A stretch of DNA of 64,000 bases from the IMG/VR virus record IMGVR_UViG_3300034101_003783, positions 32,001-96,000 of that record, one strand, 5' to 3'. The notes beneath the pieces are model-generated. The model saw only the letters and a program-made list of their open reading frames with translations. It searched no databases and was not told the origin of the DNA. Position numbers and translations under genes: made by a program. The stretch comes from a virus. Positions 59,127-64,000 of the stretch are shown here, in pieces (within the stretch, counting starts at the first letter, position 1; each line of letters starts with the position of its first letter).

Positions 59127-60896
59127 TTACTTACCAAATAACCAATTATATTTTATATAATCATCTTTAGTTGCCGAATTAATCTCCTTACCTAAATAAT
59201 CTCTTTTAATATTTAAATTAGGTAACACAGGATTAAAATGTACTTCTTTAGCAACAGAATCATTTGACGCCACAGTCCATGATTCTAACATGACTTTTGC
59301 CTGTTGTACTACTTTTTCTAATTTTGTAAATGAAAATTCCCCAACATATATTGCCATTGATATTCCCATTATTAAATCATCATGTTGTCCTTTTTGATGG
59401 TCAGGTCTTCCGTTAATATAAACAAATGTATTCATTTCATTATATAACCTAACACTTCTTATTTTAAACTTATGTCTTACCGCCTCCTCAAATGCGGCAA
59501 TAATTTGTACTCTTTTATTATTAAAGTTTAAACCAGGAATTTTATCCGCCATTTTTGTTGTGTTAGACCAAATACTTGTAGTATCGACTCCATCAACATA
59601 CAAGTTTTTATAACCTAATTCTTGTAATTTCCTTACTGTAGTTATACCCATACCGCCAGTTATGTCAACAACAACAAAAGCCGAATACATTATTGCCCAT
59701 TTGTATGCAATTTCCGCCAAAGCGTCTGGAGGTATTTTTCCTACGTATTCAAAAACCTGTTCTCTATCGTCAAAATCAATTATTTGTATCGAACTAAAAT
59801 CTTCGCTGTCACCTCTTGAAACATCAATGCCCATTATATACCTGTGACCTTGTATAGGATCTTTCCATACCCATAATGAGTTACCCATTAATTTTCCACT
59901 AGGATCACACAATGTATTATTTTTTATTTCTTCTAATTGTTTGTTATCAAAAACATTATCACCCGAACCTAAAAATTCACAATTTAACTCTTGGTTAATT
60001 TTTCTTTTGTCGTACTTTAATTTTTTTACCATTTTTTCATACCATGTTGAGCATGGTTTGTAACCATCTTTAAAGTAATTTGAAATTTCTTCATAATTTC
60101 TTTCGTATGGATCAAGATGTGCAAATGATATATGTTTAGATTCATCTTGTTCATCTTTATTTAAAAGGTAATGTACTAAATCGTCAGTAGGCACCAAAAA
60201 TAAATCTTTTGCATATCTTGGGTCTCTCCACCAATACATTTCAGATATTTTAAAATTATTGATCCCTTTAACCGCCTGATTATATACATCATAATATATT
60301 GGATCATATCCATTTGGTGTTGATACAACTATAACTTTACCACCTGTAGAAAGTGATGCCATACAAGCCGCCCAAAAATCACTATCAGCCTCAATAAATG
60401 CCGCCTCATCAAATACAAGTATTGTCGGCGTAAAACCACGAAGTGCATCTTTTGATGTTGCAACCGCCTTTACCTCACTACCGTTTGTTAACTTGTAATG
60501 TTTTTGTGAGTTCTTATCCACAGAAAATCCAGCACCAACCCATGAAGGCCACTGATCAACAAAAGTTCTTATTTTGTTTGCCATCTCCATTGAGGTATCA
60601 AGTTTATTGGCAATTATAAGAATTTTTTCAGGTTGATTTTTTTTAGCAAAGACTAGTCTTTTTGAAACCCATGCGGCGGTAACTGTTGATACTCCGGCCT
60701 GTCTATATTTTAAAGCAATATTTTCTTCATAATCCTCATAATCTTTTAACAATGAAACCTGATCTGGAAATAATTGTAAAGGGACATATTTAGAAACTGT
60801 ATTATCATATGTTTGTAGATATGTCTTTAAAGCGTATTCAGTATCTTTCATACACCTAACATACTCCAACATGATTTGTTCTTTTGTTAAACTCAT
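59127..60896 (-). CDS. gp17: Terminase large subunit, T4 gp17-like
   Basis: KYRQAGVST, VFDEAAF, VSTPNG, GIDVSRG, HDDL. Confidence 0.93.
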   Translation of the reverse strand: MSLTKEQIMLEYVRCMKDTEYALKTYLQTYDNTVSKYVPLQLFPDQVSLLKDYEDYEENIALKYRQAGVSTVTAAWVSKRLVFAKKNQPEKILIIANKLDTSMEMANKIRTFVDQWPSWVGAGFSVDKNSQKHYKLTNGSEVKAVATSKDALRGFTPTILVFDEAAFIEADSDFWAACMASLSTGGKVIVVSTPNGYDPIYYDVYNQAVKGINNFKISEMYWWRDPRYAKDLFLVPTDDLVHYLLNKDEQDESKHISFAHLDPYERNYEEISNYFKDGYKPCSTWYEKMVKKLKYDKRKINQELNCEFLGSGDNVFDNKQLEEIKNNTLCDPSGKLMGNSLWVWKDPIQGHRYIMGIDVSRGDSEDFSSIQIIDFDDREQVFEYVGKIPPDALAEIAYKWAIMYSAFVVVDITGGMGITTVRKLQELGYKNLYVDGVDTTSIWSNTTKMADKIPGLNFNNKRVQIIAAFEEAVRHKFKIRSVRLYNEMNTFVYINGRPDHQKGQHDDLIMGISMAIYVGEFSFTKLEKVVQQAKVMLESWTVASNDSVAKEVHFNPVLPNLNIKRDYLGKEINSATKDDYIKYNWLFGK

Positions 60897-60936
60897 AAAG
60901 TATTTTATTATAAATACATTCTCAATTTTTATTTAT

Positions 60937-60962
60937 AAAAAAACCCACCTTTTAGGTGGGTT
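60937..60962 (-). terminator. Rho-independent terminator
   Basis: AACCCACCT/AGGTGGGTT stem with a U-tract on the minus strand. Confidence 0.8.
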
Positions 60963-60970
60963 AATTAAAT

Positions 60971-62329
60971 TTAATAAGTGTAATTGTCGTCTTCATAATC
61001 ATATTCGTCATCATCATCACTTCTAAGTCTATCATATTCTTTTTTTGCTTTTTGATACAACTCTCTAAATTCTTTTACCGCCTTTAAATTGTCTTCTTTT
61101 TTATTTGAAACTACATTAGCGATTATTTGTTTTAAAAATCTTTCAGCCGGAACCTCATACAGGGCTTTCTCAAAGAACGGCATATAAACACGACCAGAAG
61201 GGTCTAAAACTAATTCATCAGGTAACATTGTTCTTATTTTTCTTGCTAATTCAGCACCAACTCTAAAATTCATTGGTTCATTCTCCATAGTATCTGTCTG
61301 TGAAATAACTTGTCTTGCCATTTCAGGATCCATATTCCTCCACTGTTCTCTTGTTGTAACCATACTAAACGCCTTATCAACTTCATGTAAAAGTATTGGA
61401 AAAATTAACCCGTTAGCAAACCAAGTATCTTTTTCTTCCGATTCACCATCATTATTATCATCTTCATCGTCATCATCTGGTTCAGGGGCCTTGGCCTTAC
61501 CTGCGGAACCCGCAGCATTACCACCCAACATCTCAATTAACTGTTGATTTGTAAAATACATCAAATCGTTTGCCCCCATTATTTTATTATATAGTGGATA
61601 TAGTGATGGGTCAATTGCATCTAATCTATTTTTATATGCTTGATAGCCATATTGACCTCTTTTTGCCTTACCCATAACATAAGCATTGATAATGTTTCTT
61701 TTTTCAATCTCAAGTTGTTTTTGCTCTTCAGGTGTTAACTCATCAATATCAAATGAAAAATTTGCCGGTATTGGTAATTTTTTATTTTCTTTTGCTTTAA
61801 TTTGAAAAATAGACGGGTCTATTGATTGTTCACCTAAAAACGTTAACAAATTAAAAAATTCAAATTCAAATATTGTTCCTCCATCACGAGATTTTCTTTT
61901 TTTAATATACCCTTCTCTTAATGCTTGTTCCATTGTCATATCATGAGGCATCCACCCTTCTTCTTTTGCGCCAATCTCAACGGCAAGATCTCTAAGTTTT
62001 TCTCTATGTCTTGGTTCTGTCATCATGGCTTGTCTAACTGCCATCATTTGTTCCATTTGAATTGCAGACATAACTGAAGGGTCTGTTATATTTCTTTCAG
62101 TGCCAAAATACCTTTTAACATAATCCACAATTTCTTTAAATCTATCACCAGCCAACCTCTCAACGTCAGATACCCCACCAGCAAAACCTCTGTTTTTTGC
62201 GTATATATTTTCAGGATCTTCTATTTTCTGTTGAACTCTTGGGTCCATTCTTTCTGGGTAATCGCCATAATCAACAGGAGCCTCTTTTACAATTCTTCTT
62301 ATTAGTCTTTCAAGTTCTCTATGTCCCAT
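60971..62329 (-). CDS. Hypothetical protein (possible head-internal protein)
   Basis: N-terminal LIRRIVKE; FPILLHE motif; acidic tracts. Confidence 0.65.
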   Translation of the reverse strand: MGHRELERLIRRIVKEAPVDYGDYPERMDPRVQQKIEDPENIYAKNRGFAGGVSDVERLAGDRFKEIVDYVKRYFGTERNITDPSVMSAIQMEQMMAVRQAMMTEPRHREKLRDLAVEIGAKEEGWMPHDMTMEQALREGYIKKRKSRDGGTIFEFEFFNLLTFLGEQSIDPSIFQIKAKENKKLPIPANFSFDIDELTPEEQKQLEIEKRNIINAYVMGKAKRGQYGYQAYKNRLDAIDPSLYPLYNKIMGANDLMYFTNQQLIEMLGGNAAGSAGKAKAPEPDDDDEDDNNDGESEEKDTWFANGLIFPILLHEVDKAFSMVTTREQWRNMDPEMARQVISQTDTMENEPMNFRVGAELARKIRTMLPDELVLDPSGRVYMPFFEKALYEVPAERFLKQIIANVVSNKKEDNLKAVKEFRELYQKAKKEYDRLRSDDDDEYDYEDDNYTY

Positions 62330-62331
62330 TA

Positions 62332-63498
62332 TTAAAAATTTAATACGTTCATTATAGCGTCAATGAAATTACTTTGTTGTTTTTCCATTTTAGCCTTTGG
62401 TTGTTCCTCAACACCAGGATTAGGATCTTTAAAAGGGTTTCCTTTTCTTCTTGTTGGTGTTTTAGTTTTTTCTCTTTCTTTAGTTCTTTCTTTTTCTTTT
62501 GTCCCAGCTTTTGGGTGTTCTTCAACACCAGGATTAGGATCTCTAAATGGATTATCTTTAGTTCTATCCTTTTCTTTAGTTCTATCCTTTTCTTTAGTTC
62601 TATCTTTTTCTTTTGTATTTGCTTTTGGGTGTTCTTCAACACCAGGATTAGGATCTCTAAATGGATTATCTTTAGTTCTATCCTTTTCTTTAGTTCTATC
62701 CTTTTCTTTAGTTCTATCTTTTTCTTTTGTGTCTTCACCTAAAGAAAAAATACTTGATATAGGTCTTTTCATTTTTTTCATTTCTATTCCTGATTCGTCT
62801 GAAAACATAGACATCTTTTTTGGATTTCTCAAAATCATAGAATTAAATTTATTAGATTTTTCAGATATAGTTTTTAACATATTACCTTTAGTAAAAGTTG
62901 GGTTGATGTGTTCATCCAACATATCAAGAATTTTGTCTTCTAAAAATCTTTCTAAATTTTCATTTGTTTTTCTTTTAACTGTTTTTTCAGGATGTTTTTT
63001 TTCTGGCATATTTTTGTATTGTTTTTTGGATGTACTATCAGAAAATTCTTTAGCCATCTTACACCATTTTTCTTTTGTTTTACCTTTACTGTTATCACAT
63101 TTTGACCAAAACAAAGCTTGTTGGGATTTAGATTCAAATTTTTCTTTTATATCAGATTCAAACATTCCCATTCCATCTTCAGTTGCATCAGGATCGTTTA
63201 CTACGTTTAAAGTGTCATCTTCAGACATTTCACCTTCTAACGTAACATCAACACTACCATCAGTATTTAATTTAAATGCTCTTCCTCCAGGAAGTGATTC
63301 TCCTTTTGATTTAGCATCCGAGACTTCAGCAGCACTAAACTTTTTTATTTTAGTCACTATATCTTGGGCTTCTTTTGCTTCTTTCTTCTTTGAAAATTTT
63401 TCAGACAATACTTTTATCTGACTATCATTTAAATTACTAATAGTATTAAACGACAACCCATTTTCAAGTAAAGTTAAAATATGATTTTTAGTTCTCAT
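62332..63498 (-). CDS. Charged hypothetical protein with KEKDRT and PFRDPNPGVEE repeats
   Basis: 388-aa ORF with internal repeats. Confidence 0.65.
   Translation of the reverse strand: MRTKNHILTLLENGLSFNTISNLNDSQIKVLSEKFSKKKEAKEAQDIVTKIKKFSAAEVSDAKSKGESLPGGRAFKLNTDGSVDVTLEGEMSEDDTLNVVNDPDATEDGMGMFESDIKEKFESKSQQALFWSKCDNSKGKTKEKWCKMAKEFSDSTSKKQYKNMPEKKHPEKTVKRKTNENLERFLEDKILDMLDEHINPTFTKGNMLKTISEKSNKFNSMILRNPKKMSMFSDESGIEMKKMKRPISSIFSLGEDTKEKDRTKEKDRTKEKDRTKDNPFRDPNPGVEEHPKANTKEKDRTKEKDRTKEKDRTKDNPFRDPNPGVEEHPKAGTKEKERTKEREKTKTPTRRKGNPFKDPNPGVEEQPKAKMEKQQSNFIDAIMNVLNF
62400..62730 (-). repeat. Coding 114-bp duplication with nested 18-bp repeats and a degenerate third copy
   Basis: (TKEKDR)3-TKDNPFRDPNPGVEEHPKA x2 plus NPFKDPNPGVEEQPKA. 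Confidence 0.85.
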
Positions 63499-63895
63499 AC
63501 ACTACTTTTTTATCAAATTCAAGAACGATATCACGTTCATATAGTTTATCTTTTACTTCTTGTTCCGTTTCTCCAAACTTGAAGACCAACCTTTTAGTTA
63601 TTGAAAAATCGATTTCATTTGTTTCTTTTTCCCACCCTAAAGATATAACTCCATCCATTGAGTCCATCATTGAAAAAACATCTGAATTTTGAATCAATTC
63701 TAAAGATATTTCTCCATTTATTAATGACCCAACTTTTTTAACATACTCAAAATCAGGGGGTGATGGATAACCATTTGATGGTTTTGATTCCCAATTTTCC
63801 CCCCAAACATCTAATGCGTCTGAAAATATGAATTCATAAATGTTGTCACCTTTATAATTAGGTCCCATTCCATTTATGTATATTAGATACATCAT
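63488..63895 (-). CDS. Hypothetical protein
   Basis: 135-aa ORF in an operon. Confidence 0.6.
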   Translation of the reverse strand: MMYLIYINGMGPNYKGDNIYEFIFSDALDVWGENWESKPSNGYPSPPDFEYVKKVGSLINGEISLELIQNSDVFSMMDSMDGVISLGWEKETNEIDFSITKRLVFKFGETEQEVKDKLYERDIVLEFDKKVVYEN

Positions 63896-64000
63896 AGAAC
63901 TCTTTTTCCGCTGGTTGAAATTTTATGTTCCTTTAACCCAACTTTAAATAATAAGTTCTTTTTATTTGTAGACCCAATTAGAGTTGCTCTTGGATTTTTT

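Noticed and set aside
62363-63421. 352-aa plus-strand ORF and other antisense ORFs (e.g. 6110-6685, 57315-57785, 3326-3715, 53029-53427)
   Set aside because: Shadow frames opposite well-supported genes; composition mirrors the sense-strand codon bias
1-64000. Stop-codon reassignment as seen in some large phages
   Set aside because: Core genes are intact in code 11, and both TAG (22289) and TGA (3740) serve as stops at gene junctions
1-64000. tRNA or other structured RNA genes
   Set aside because: Intergenic gaps are short and AT-rich and no cloverleaf was recognised by eye; a tRNAscan/Infernal run would be needed to exclude them

Overview
This AT-rich 64-kb window is part of a large T4-like (myovirus-type) phage genome read in the standard genetic code, most likely infecting a Bacteroidetes host. 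Host evidence: a T9SS-type GEVED protein, a Bacteroidetes-type bS21, a TTTG-N20-TAnnTTTG promoter and A-rich, SD-less start contexts. It holds the head module (terminase gp17, portal gp20, protease gp21, scaffold, major capsid gp23), neck gp13, a gp5-like hub, a family B DNA polymerase, a gp55-like late sigma factor, PhoH, dUTPase, a Mn-SOD fusion and ribosomal protein bS21. There are two glycosylation loci. The best candidate for an undescribed system is at 12.2-20.5 kb: a GT60-family (Skp1/mucin-initiating alpha-GlcNAc transferase-like) enzyme, a GT25 and an HtrL-GT fusion sit among tail genes and Pro-Thr/poly-Thr mucin-like proteins, suggesting phage-encoded mucin-type O-glycosylation of the virion. 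A second ~16-kb operon encodes many GTs plus amino-sugar acylation and methylation enzymes. Other signals: a TATTTAT(A) motif (the reverse complement of the T4 late promoter) before ~18 mostly morphogenesis genes, recurrent (I/L/V)-x-E prohead-protease-like motifs on putative head cargo, an exact 174-bp duplication shared by two tandem paralogs, and a hairpin in the polymerase leader. All family calls are by motif recognition only; no searches were run.
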